Positions 6,784 through 14,399 of a stretch of 17,509 nucleotides of DNA are shown one piece after another. Both the position numbers and the translations under genes were made by a program. Below the pieces are notes generated by a model. The model was not told the DNA's origin. It made no database searches and saw nothing but the letters and a program-made list of their open reading frames with translations. Each line of letters begins with the position of its first letter. The stretch's first letter is position 1. Source of the DNA: Pseudobdellovibrionaceae bacterium (GTDB lineage Bacteria; Bdellovibrionota; Bdellovibrionia; Bdellovibrionales; Bdellovibrionaceae). The stretch covers positions 1 to 17,509 of the forward strand of contig JBGGMM010000121.1 in the NCBI GenBank assembly GCA_041288045.1. Reading direction: 5' to 3'.

Positions 6784-7698
6784 ATGAAGACAATTATCGC
6801 AATGCTGGCTGCATCATTGATGAGTGCAGCCGCATGGGCACAAGATTCACGGAGTACGACGACTGACACAACAACGACACCAACACCGTCATCTGACACG
6901 AACAGTTTAGGCGAACCATCGACGGATATTTACGATGATTCGACTTTGAGCGGCTCGTCCACGAGCGACGACAGCACTTTTCAAGATACGGACACAACAA
7001 CAGCTCCATCTTATGAAGAAGATTCTTCATTGAGCGGTTCAGCCACTGAGGGAACCACAAATATGGCTCCTGCACCTGCGGCACCTGCTCCAGTAGCGCC
7101 AACGGCTCCTGCGGCAACTGACACGACATCGAAGGCTTATCAAGAAACTGATATGTCATCACCTGAACGTCGCGGCGGTGTTTACATTGAGCCCGGTATT
7201 TTCGGCAGCATCCAAGATTCTGACATTTCAGTTGGCGATGATGAATCCGCCACTTCCAACGGCTTCGGTGTGGATTTGAAATTAGGCGGTCATATCAACA
7301 GCATGTTTTTCTTAGCAGCCGATGGCCGCTATGAAAGATCGCGCTTTGAAGGCTCTTCTTATGAAGACACAGACGCAGATGCGTGGAACTGGGGACCTAC
7401 AGCTGGCGTGCAAGCTCCATTTTTTGGCGGTCGCTTGTGGGGAACTTATGTTGTTGACGGCGAACACGATCCCGATTCTGGCGTCGATGGCACGGATCTT
7501 CGATTCACTGACCCCTACGGTTGGCGATTCGGTGCTGGGGTGAAATTTTCATCTGTCAGCTTGAATCTCGAATATGAGGATCTCACCTATCGCACAACCG
7601 AAGTTGATGATTCTGGCGGTGGCGCTCTTGGCACCGAATCCATCGATTTTGAAAGCCGTGGATATGCTGTAAGTCTCAGCTTTCCAATGTCCTTGTAA
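6784..7698 (+). CDS. Outer-membrane beta-barrel protein with a long S/T/D- and P/A-rich N-terminal arm
   Basis: True start at ATG 6784 (AGGAGG SD, signal peptide MKTIIAMLAASLMSAAAWA). About 110 aa of low complexity, then barrel strands (GGVYIEPGIFG, GFGVDLKLGGH, GWRFGAGVKF, YAVSLSFPMSL). Confidence 0.85.
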   Translation: MKTIIAMLAASLMSAAAWAQDSRSTTTDTTTTPTPSSDTNSLGEPSTDIYDDSTLSGSSTSDDSTFQDTDTTTAPSYEEDSSLSGSATEGTTNMAPAPAAPAPVAPTAPAATDTTSKAYQETDMSSPERRGGVYIEPGIFGSIQDSDISVGDDESATSNGFGVDLKLGGHINSMFFLAADGRYERSRFEGSSYEDTDADAWNWGPTAGVQAPFFGGRLWGTYVVDGEHDPDSGVDGTDLRFTDPYGWRFGAGVKFSSVSLNLEYEDLTYRTTEVDDSGGGALGTESIDFESRGYAVSLSFPMSL

Positions 7699-7743
7699 TA
7701 AAAACGTAGTCACCATTTCCAAATCCAAAAAGGGAGGATATCA

Positions 7744-8055
7744 ATGGAAAAAAACACAACAAGCGCAACCACAAAAGGCAGCCCTCAGTTTGGCAGTGAA
7801 GCAGCTGGAGCAAGTGCCGCTCGGACTTCCGATGTGATCAACAATGTGAAAAGCAAAATTGCTGATCAGGCAGGACCTGCGGTCGAAAAATTTCAGACCA
7901 CATTCCGGGATGTTCAGGAAACTGCTCAACCCTATTTGGAAAATGCGCAGTCTTATTTTCGCAGATATCCATTGTACTCCGTTTTGGGTGCAGCGGCGAT
8001 TGGCGCGGTGATTGGTATGATCGTCGCTCGTCCTACGAACCGAGTGTCCCAATAA
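7744..8055 (+). CDS. DUF883 (YqjD/ElaB-like) tail-anchored membrane protein
   Basis: Helical N-terminus, then AQSYFRRYPLYSVLGAAAIGAVIGMIVAR, the DUF883 C-terminal signature. SD GGGAGG. Confidence 0.8.
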   Translation: MEKNTTSATTKGSPQFGSEAAGASAARTSDVINNVKSKIADQAGPAVEKFQTTFRDVQETAQPYLENAQSYFRRYPLYSVLGAAAIGAVIGMIVARPTNRVSQ

Positions 8056-8076
8056 GCGAAAGAAGAGGATGGAAAT

Positions 8077-8556
8077 ATGCTTCTTCAACTGATGTCTTTT
8101 GTGATGAGCTCCCTCTTAGGACAACAAGCAGAGTCCGGTGGCCTCTTTCCCAATATCACTTTAGCTTCTTTACGAAAGCTGACGATGATATGGGCTGCAG
8201 TGGCCATCTCTTTGCTGGTTTTCCTTGGCGGGGCTTTCACTGTTTTGTTCGATCTCATTCTTGCTAGTCGGGACCATGGGCAACTGATGCTCTCACCGGC
8301 TTCGATTGTGGGATTTTCGCTGATGGGCTTTTCCATTCTTTCTTTAGTGGCGCTTTTTGGACGAAGCCTTTGGAGCCCTCCAGCTCAATTGGCTCAAAGT
8401 CGTGAAGAAGCCATGTCAAAAGCCTTGGCCCCTGTGGCTGAGGCGGTCGCCGGAGTGATTCGCGACTTCTCAGAAGAGCGCAAAAGAGCTCAAGCTGCGA
8501 TGATGGCGATGGCTTCAGCCCCCGCTTCCGATCCAACTCAGACAGCTTACAATTGA
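8077..8556 (+). CDS. Two-TM hypothetical membrane protein (positional analogue of YqjE)
   Basis: Two long hydrophobic helices and a helical C-terminal tail. Lies 21 nt after the DUF883 gene with a GAGG SD. Confidence 0.7.
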   Translation: MLLQLMSFVMSSLLGQQAESGGLFPNITLASLRKLTMIWAAVAISLLVFLGGAFTVLFDLILASRDHGQLMLSPASIVGFSLMGFSILSLVALFGRSLWSPPAQLAQSREEAMSKALAPVAEAVAGVIRDFSEERKRAQAAMMAMASAPASDPTQTAYN

Positions 8557-8567
8557 TTCATCTCAAA

Positions 8568-8589
8568 CCGGGACAGGCCCCTGTCCCGG
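8568..8589. repeat. Inverted repeat (hairpin or operator)
   Basis: CCGGGACAG-GCCC-CTGTCCCGG, perfect 9-bp arms, no U tract. Confidence 0.6.
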
Positions 8590-8611
8590 CTCAACTAGAC
8601 CCTGATCCTGT

Positions 8612-8638
8612 TCACTCCTCCCTTCTTAGCACCGATAT
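8612..8638 (+). promoter_or_regulatory. sigma28-like promoter for the diguanylate cyclase
   Basis: TCAC-N15-ACCGATAT, upstream of SD GAGGAGG and TTG 8672. Confidence 0.45.
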
Positions 8639-8671
8639 GAAAAGGTCTTAGCAAGTGAAGAGGAGGCAAGT

Positions 8672-9772
8672 TTGAAACAATGGGTAAAAAAGCTGCTCGA
8701 GCAATTTGAAATTCCTTGGCAAGCGCCCGCCGATTCGACAACTCCTTCCATTCAGGTTTCAGAGGAAAAAGCCACTCTCTTGCATATGATCGATGTCTAC
8801 AACAAGCACTTGCTTGAAATCGATACTCAGCCCGTTCGCCGGGTCCGAGAAATCCTCGATGAATTTGCCAAGGGCCTCGTTCATCAAGATCCAGAAGTTG
8901 CTGATAAAAATCTGTTTCGATTCCGCCAGTTTTTTTCCAGTTACCGAATTGACGAATACTCTTACATTCAAAACACTTTTGATGACTTTAAAAACATCAT
9001 TTGGGATTTTGCCGATCAATTGGGCGAAGACGTCCGCTTTGAAGAGAGCAAGGATTTTGAAGTGAAGCAAAGCCTGGATCAGCTGCGGGAAGCAGTCGAA
9101 TCGAATTCCATTGATATCTTACGCAACAAATCCCGTGAATTCATTGACCAGTACATCGAAGTCCAATCCAAGAAAGACGAGCGCCGCTCTCGCCGCCTGG
9201 ACGCCATCCAAAAAAACCTCTCGAGCGTCAAGAAACAGCTGATGGATGCCAACCATAGCATGCGAGTGGATCATTTGACTGGAGCCTACAACCGCAAAAG
9301 CTTTGAAGAGCAGTTGAAAAAATATGTCAGTCTGAATCAGATCTCTAAAAACGCTGTCTCGATCATCGCTCTTGATATCGATTTTTTCAAAAAGATCAAT
9401 GATTCCTACGGACACGACATCGGCGATTTTGTCCTGAAAGAGTGTGTACGCCTGCTCAGAGAAGTGTTTCATCGTGAGACAGACTTTGTGGCCCGTATCG
9501 GCGGCGAGGAATTTGTCGTGATTCTTCCCGATCACCGAATCGAACATGCTGTTCACAAGGCCGAAGAGGCCATGGCTAAAATCCGTAAAGAGGTCTTTAT
9601 TCAAGGCAAGCTGGAAATCCGCTTCACTGTCTCAATGGGAATCGCTCAGCTTTTAGAAAATGAGACAGGTGAGCAGATGCTCAAGCGGGCCGACCAGGCT
9701 CTTTATCAATCCAAGCAAACGGGACGCAACAAATACACAGTTGCAGCCGGGCATTTGCAAAGTGTCGCCTGA
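8672..9772 (+). CDS. Diguanylate cyclase (GGEEF) with a soluble helical N-terminal domain, resembling Bdellovibrio DgcC
   Basis: DHLTGAYNR, DIDFFKKINDSYGHDIGD, I-site RETD five residues before GGEEF, and ADQALYQSKQTGRN. No TM segment. The DgcC likeness is from recollection and not verified. Confidence 0.93.
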   Translation: MKQWVKKLLEQFEIPWQAPADSTTPSIQVSEEKATLLHMIDVYNKHLLEIDTQPVRRVREILDEFAKGLVHQDPEVADKNLFRFRQFFSSYRIDEYSYIQNTFDDFKNIIWDFADQLGEDVRFEESKDFEVKQSLDQLREAVESNSIDILRNKSREFIDQYIEVQSKKDERRSRRLDAIQKNLSSVKKQLMDANHSMRVDHLTGAYNRKSFEEQLKKYVSLNQISKNAVSIIALDIDFFKKINDSYGHDIGDFVLKECVRLLREVFHRETDFVARIGGEEFVVILPDHRIEHAVHKAEEAMAKIRKEVFIQGKLEIRFTVSMGIAQLLENETGEQMLKRADQALYQSKQTGRNKYTVAAGHLQSVA

Positions 9773-9811
9773 TTCGACACTTCTGTTGATGAAATTTCGC
9801 TGTTAGAAATT

Positions 9812-9838
9812 TTTTGACAGGTTACGGGCCTGTCAAAA
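9812..9838. repeat. Inverted repeat (candidate activator site or hairpin)
   Basis: TTTTGACAGG-TTACGGG-CCTGTCAAAA, perfect 10-bp arms, 40 bp upstream of a sigma54 motif. Confidence 0.6.
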
Positions 9839-9877
9839 TGCTTTCACATTTTTTTGCCCAACAACCCCAAAAAATCG

Positions 9878-9893
9878 CGGCCCAGAGCTTGCT
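9878..9893 (+). promoter_or_regulatory. sigma54 -24/-12 promoter for the YD-repeat/subtilase operon
   Basis: CGGCCC-AGAGC-TTGCT (GG-N10-GC). Predicted +1 near 9904, 3 nt before the ATG. Confidence 0.55.
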
Positions 9894-9906
9894 CTAGTGT
9901 TCAGGC

Positions 9907-10764
9907 ATGAAGACAATTTTTGCAGGGCTTGCAGCACTTCTCCCCTGTGTGGCTTTCGCCGATGTCAACATGCGCGATGCAAGCTTTTTGAAAACGGAAA
10001 ATGATTTTTCACTGGATCTGATGGCTCGAACCTACAACAGTCGAAGTCTCTGGAAAGGAATTTTCGGATTTGGCTGGTGTGCCTCCTTTGAAGTGAGATT
10101 CACCCCCCACACACTCAAAGAAGGAAAGCTTCAGACCTGCGACAGAAGCCGGAACGTTAGCGCCCAGTTTGTTGCAAATGAATGGAAGGTTTCCAAAAAT
10201 TCAGAGGAAACTTGGGTTTTTAACCTGGCCGGTCAGTGGATCCGGCTTGAAAAAAACCACTCAGAATCCCTTTTCTTGAGCTACGATTCGAGAGGCCTCG
10301 TGAAATCGATTCGCGGACAATTTGGAATTATTGAATTTGATTACAAACTGACTGGAGAACTGGAACAAATTCGTCAGTCTGATTCACACTGGAGCCGTTA
10401 CCGATTCAAGGATGAAAATCTGTTATCCGTAACAGATTCGTCAAGGATGACGACCTTTTATCGCTATGACGATCTTCACAATCTTGTGGAGATCGAAACA
10501 CCAAAGGGCAAAGAGCGCATTCTCTATGATCAGGGAAAAGACGAAGTGAAAGCTTACTTTTCAATCGATGGCTGCTTTGAAATCTATCGCTTTCTCAAAC
10601 AGAGTGCGCTTCGATTGAAATCCTCCGTCTTTCGCCGCTGCCCTGAAACCCAACTGGAAAAACGAATTCTTTCTTTTTCTTCCAAAAGAAGCCCTCAGGG
10701 AGAACTTCTTTTGATGGAAATCAAAACCGCTGGAGGTGTGATTGAATCTTCCTCTCTTCCTTAA
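9907..10764 (+). CDS. Secreted DUF6531 / YD(RHS)-repeat protein, short form
   Basis: Signal peptide (AFA), DUF6531 motif ARTYNSRSLWKGIFGFGW, and YD repeats (LSYDSRGLVKSI, FDYKLTGELEQI, YRYDDLHNLVEI, ILYDQGKD). Confidence 0.8.
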   Translation: MKTIFAGLAALLPCVAFADVNMRDASFLKTENDFSLDLMARTYNSRSLWKGIFGFGWCASFEVRFTPHTLKEGKLQTCDRSRNVSAQFVANEWKVSKNSEETWVFNLAGQWIRLEKNHSESLFLSYDSRGLVKSIRGQFGIIEFDYKLTGELEQIRQSDSHWSRYRFKDENLLSVTDSSRMTTFYRYDDLHNLVEIETPKGKERILYDQGKDEVKAYFSIDGCFEIYRFLKQSALRLKSSVFRRCPETQLEKRILSFSSKRSPQGELLLMEIKTAGGVIESSSLP

Positions 10765-11830
10765 AGTTCTTTTCATTCATTTATTCGCTGTACGGATTGT
10801 TTATGCTTCGGCAGGTTCCTGGGCCTATCAACAAATCGAGACCGATAAGGCCTGGGAGCTTGCACGAAGCCGTGGTGAAAAAATCACTGTCGCCATTGTT
10901 GATACTGGATTGGATCTCAAAAGTCCCGCCAAGTTATGGACCAATCCGGGAGAAACTGGTCTCGATCAACAAGGTCGTGACAAATCCAGCAATGGTCTTG
11001 ATGACGATCAAAATGGTTTCATCGATGATGTGCATGGCTGGAACTTTGTCAGCAACAGTCCTCATTTTTCAGATCGACACGGACATGGGACCCATATTGC
11101 TGGAATCATCTCTTCTGTGGCACCTGATGCCTCTTTGATGATTCTCAAATATTATGATCCAAAACTGTCGCCAGAGCAGAATGTACAGAACACATTGAAG
11201 GCCTTTCGCTATGCCCTCCAAATGAAAGCTCACATTATCAATTTTTCTGGCGGCGGACCTGGTGCGAATCTGAAAGAAGAAGAAATACTGGTAAAGGCTG
11301 AAAAGGCGAATGTGCTTTTGGTCGCAGCTGCTGGCAATGATGGCATGAATACGGATCTCATTCGCTATTATCCAGCCAACTATCCCCTTTCCAATATCCT
11401 TTCCGTCACAGCCTTAGATGCAACTCGAAAAATTCCAGAATATGGTAATTTTGGCCGGCACACTGTTCACTTGGCCGCCCCGGGTGATCAGATCCCCTCA
11501 CAACTTTTATTTGGCCGACAGGGAGAAATGTCCGGCACTTCGCAAGCCACAGCATTTGCAACTGGAGTGGCGGCGCTTGTTATGTCTCAGTCGGATCAAA
11601 AACCAAAGCCCGCTCAACTGATTGAAAAACTGATCCAAAGCGGAAGCCAATTGGAGACCCTGCGGGAAAAAGTTCAAGCTTCTTCAGCTTTGAATGCCTA
11701 CCGGGCTCTGGCGATGAAATCTTCATTTGAATCAGCGGCTGGATTTGTCTTTCAGAACGAAGCGGATTGGGATTCAAATCTTTTCACAATGCCCTCGACA
11801 TTACCTGTGAAAAAGCGGCTCGGTCTGTAA
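10742..11830 (+). CDS. S8 (subtilisin-family) serine peptidase
   Basis: Catalytic IVDTG, HGHGTHIAG and SGTSQAT, oxyanion AAGND, and a WTNPGE...DDDQNGFIDDVHGWNF insert. GGAGGT SD before the TTG; overlaps the upstream gene by 23 nt. Confidence 0.95.
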   Translation: MNLPLFLKVLFIHLFAVRIVYASAGSWAYQQIETDKAWELARSRGEKITVAIVDTGLDLKSPAKLWTNPGETGLDQQGRDKSSNGLDDDQNGFIDDVHGWNFVSNSPHFSDRHGHGTHIAGIISSVAPDASLMILKYYDPKLSPEQNVQNTLKAFRYALQMKAHIINFSGGGPGANLKEEEILVKAEKANVLLVAAAGNDGMNTDLIRYYPANYPLSNILSVTALDATRKIPEYGNFGRHTVHLAAPGDQIPSQLLFGRQGEMSGTSQATAFATGVAALVMSQSDQKPKPAQLIEKLIQSGSQLETLREKVQASSALNAYRALAMKSSFESAAGFVFQNEADWDSNLFTMPSTLPVKKRLGL

Positions 11831-12454
11831 AATCGGAGGCAAGCTCCAGCGCTTGCAAAAATCTGAATCCAAAAATTCAAGAGAGATCGATCGAAGTTCA
11901 ATTTTCTGAGTCTCTTTCTGCGATTGAGCCCCATAAAGCACATCTCCAACAATTGGAAACCCATGCCGGCTCAAATCAAAACGCAACTGGTGCGGGCGAC
12001 CTGTGACTGGCCTCAATTCCCATTTCAAAAACTCACCTTCCCGACCCAGCAGACGAGCCCGAGTCAAACTGGGCTTTCCATGTGGACTTTCAAAAGCCCG
12101 CTTCTTGCCGCGAAGAATGCGCGCTTTCCATTCAAAATCTTGGTTTTCCAATTTCTCGAGAGATGGATTTGAATTTTGATTTTCACTGAGGGCTTGATAA
12201 ATCTTTTGAACTTTCTTGGTTTCAAAAAGGCGATTGGCCTCAGAATGGGCACTTGCACTGAGCGCGAAAAGCACAAGGCCTGACACTTCAAAATCCAAAC
12301 GGTGAACTGGAAAGATCTGTTTTTCCAGTTTTGTCTGAAGCTCCAATCCCAAAACAGGTCTTGGATCTTTTTCGCCAAAGCGGGCGGGAGTTGTCAATAA
12401 ACCTGAGGGCTTGTCCACCGCCACGAAATGTTCATTTTGAAAAAGAATTTTCAT
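11801..12454 (-). CDS. RluA-family RNA pseudouridine synthase
   Basis: VDKPSGL, VHRLDFEVSGLVLFA, TGRPHQLR and PIVGDVLYG. ATGA overlap with rlmE. Confidence 0.93.
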   Translation of the reverse strand: MKILFQNEHFVAVDKPSGLLTTPARFGEKDPRPVLGLELQTKLEKQIFPVHRLDFEVSGLVLFALSASAHSEANRLFETKKVQKIYQALSENQNSNPSLEKLENQDFEWKARILRGKKRAFESPHGKPSLTRARLLGREGEFLKWELRPVTGRPHQLRFDLSRHGFPIVGDVLYGAQSQKETQKIELRSISLEFLDSDFCKRWSLPPILQTEPLFHR

Positions 12455-13041
12455 TTTTTATTGATGCCGACGAGAAAAATTTCTTTGCTGATCTTGCGAG
12501 TGCTATCGGGTTTGACGGCTTCAAATTTAACAAAGCTTTTTTTGATTTCATCTCGAAGTTTGGCAAAATCATCACTATGAAAAAGTTTGCAGACGAAATG
12601 ACCCCCAGGTTTTAAAAATCGTCTAGCAATATCCAAAGCCAGCTCACAGAGCTCCATGGACCTAGCTTGATCGGTGAGCCGAATCCCAGTGGTTTTTGGG
12701 GCCATATCGGAAAGCACCAGATCAAAAGGGGGTTGAAAGCCGTGCTCGGTGAAAACCTGCTCTAAATTCAGATCTCGCAAATCCGCTTGAATAAAAACGG
12801 CATTGGAAAGTTTCACTGTGACCGGACTGAGATCGACACCTAAAACTCGTCCCCGATTTCCGATCTTTTGAGAGGCGTACTGGGACCAGGATCCGGGGCT
12901 GGCGCCAAGATCCAAAACAGTCTGACCTTCTTTTAAAAGACGAAATCGTTGGTCGATTTCCTCGAGTTTAAAGACTGACCTAGCGGCAAAATTCTGCTCT
13001 TTGGCTTTTTTAAAATAGTGATCTTTGGGATTGTAGGCCAT
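12451..13041 (-). CDS. rlmE: 23S rRNA 2'-O-methyltransferase RlmE (FtsJ/RrmJ)
   Basis: ARSVFKLEEID, LDLGASPGSWSQY, VLSDMAPKTTG, FVCKLF and KPDSTRKISKEIF give the K-D-K-E tetrad. Confidence 0.96.
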   Translation of the reverse strand: MAYNPKDHYFKKAKEQNFAARSVFKLEEIDQRFRLLKEGQTVLDLGASPGSWSQYASQKIGNRGRVLGVDLSPVTVKLSNAVFIQADLRDLNLEQVFTEHGFQPPFDLVLSDMAPKTTGIRLTDQARSMELCELALDIARRFLKPGGHFVCKLFHSDDFAKLRDEIKKSFVKFEAVKPDSTRKISKEIFLVGINKK

Positions 13042-13050
13042 TGGTCCGGC

Positions 13051-13079
13051 AGCTTATCAGGCCGATTGCAGGTCGACAA
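13051..13079 (-). promoter_or_regulatory. sigma70-type promoter for rlmE-rluA
   Basis: Minus strand TTGTCG-N17-TAAGCT with an extended TGn, 9 nt from the ATG. No SD. Confidence 0.5.
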
Positions 13080-13140
13080 TAGGAAGCTTTTTCCTTCTGT
13101 TCAGACCCAAAGGGGCTTATAGTGCGGACTCGAGGTCTTT

Positions 13141-13320
13141 ATGGAAATTGGTTGGATTTTGGGCGGAATTTTTATTTTTTCGACTCTGGTTTTTATGGCC
13201 ATTGCCTTCTTTTTGCCAGAATGGGTGGGAATTACCGGAAAGAAAGCCTTAAAAACCTTGGAAGAGCAACGAGGCACCTCCCCAGAGGATCCGCCCCCTA
13301 CTTCCTCAAGCTCTCCATAA
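13141..13320 (+). CDS. Small single-TM membrane protein (59 aa)
   Basis: Translated by hand: MEIGWILGGIFIFSTLVFMAIAFFLPEWVGITGKKALKTLEEQRGTSPEDPPPTSSSSP. SD GAGGT at 13132-13136 and TATAGT at 13118-13123. Shorter than any ORF in the track. Confidence 0.7.
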   Translation: MEIGWILGGIFIFSTLVFMAIAFFLPEWVGITGKKALKTLEEQRGTSPEDPPPTSSSSP

Positions 13321-14353
13321 ATTCTTTTCTTCGATCTTTCATGCTGGAGAAAATTGAAAATCCAATAAAAGCCGCGCCGACAATGCCGGTGATCACTTCA
13401 GAGACATGGTGAATGGTGCTCAGGAACATGATGGCGGCCAATGCGGCCACAGCATAAAAAGCGCCGTGCTCCAGAAATTTATAGGCATTCAAAGTGCCCT
13501 TTTCCACCATCAGGATGGTGAGGCTTCGAACAAACATGGCGCCAATTCCCAAACCGATAGTTATAATGAAAAGATTGCTGGTGATGGCAAAAGCTCCAAT
13601 CACCCCGTCGAAAGAAAAAGAAGCATCCAAAACTTCCAGATAGAGAAAAAGACCAAGGCTTGCTCGCTCCACATCCTGTACTGCATGCTCAGGAGCTTGA
13701 AGGAAAACTCCGACCCCTTCAACAGCGAGAAAAGTCAAAATTCCCGCCAGTCCAGAATACATGAAAGGCAAAGTTTTGCTCGGTTCCACGTACTGGGCGA
13801 GAACATAAATGATCAAAATGGTGATTCCAACTTCGATAGCTTCCAATTTGCCCATTTTTGATAGAGGTTTTTCAATGATGTTGATCCAGTGAACTTTCTT
13901 TTCGCGATCAAAAAAATATTTCAAAGCCACGAGCATCAAAAAAGCACCACCGAAAGCCGAGACTTCGGTGTGAACACTCATCATCAGCTGGGCGTATTCT
14001 TGCGGGCGAAGAGCTGCCAGCTTCAAAGCTTCGATGGGTCCCAAATCGCCGACCAGAGCGACGATCAAAAGCGGGAAAAACAAGCGCATTCCAAAAACTG
14101 CAATCAGCATTCCCCAAGTCAAAAATCGCCTTTCCCATTTTTTCGACATGTCTTTCAAAACAGTGGCATTGACGATGGCATTATCAAAAGAAATTGAGAC
14201 CTCAAGAACTGCCAGAATGGCACAGATGAACAGAGATTCCATCGCACCGGATACAGTCCCAGTGTAATAAAATCCGACCAGAGCCCCCAGAACCAGACCA
14301 AGAAAAGTCACAATCAGAGAGCCACGAAAGTATTTGAGATTCGAATTCGCCAT
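13298..14353 (-). CDS. DUF475 family (TerC-like) integral membrane protein
   Basis: ILAVLEVSISFDNAIVNA, FLTWGMLIAVFGMRLFFP, FLYLEVLDASFSFDGVIGAFAIT and LEHGAFYA. Confidence 0.93.
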   Translation of the reverse strand: MANSNLKYFRGSLIVTFLGLVLGALVGFYYTGTVSGAMESLFICAILAVLEVSISFDNAIVNATVLKDMSKKWERRFLTWGMLIAVFGMRLFFPLLIVALVGDLGPIEALKLAALRPQEYAQLMMSVHTEVSAFGGAFLMLVALKYFFDREKKVHWINIIEKPLSKMGKLEAIEVGITILIIYVLAQYVEPSKTLPFMYSGLAGILTFLAVEGVGVFLQAPEHAVQDVERASLGLFLYLEVLDASFSFDGVIGAFAITSNLFIITIGLGIGAMFVRSLTILMVEKGTLNAYKFLEHGAFYAVAALAAIMFLSTIHHVSEVITGIVGAAFIGFSIFSSMKDRRKEFMESLRK

Positions 14354-14360
14354 GAGATTG

Positions 14361-14391
14361 AACTTACCTTCTGCCTATTTTGATGTAAAAT
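14361..14391. promoter_or_regulatory. Overlapping divergent sigma70-type promoters
   Basis: Minus strand TTTACA(14389-14384)-N17-TAAGTT(14366-14361), 7 nt from ATG 14353. Plus strand TAAAAT(14386-14391), 8 nt from ATG 14400. Confidence 0.5.
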
Positions 14392-14399
14392 AAGTTTCC

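Noticed and set aside
7065..7115. GCTCCTGCACCTGCG-type short repeats as a CRISPR array or VNTR
   Set aside because: They are degenerate codons of a Pro/Ala linker, with no constant repeat-spacer structure and no cas genes.
8077..8556. Phage holin or prophage remnant
   Set aside because: No phage genes or integrase nearby. The context after DUF883 fits a cellular YqjE-like role.
9907..11830. RHS polymorphic toxin-immunity locus
   Set aside because: No PxxxxDPxG core, no toxin tip, no immunity gene, and no VgrG or PAAR nearby.
13122..13412. 96-aa ORF in the track
   Set aside because: The alternative frame 13141-13320 has the SD and a coherent TM protein. This ORF overlaps DUF475 heavily.
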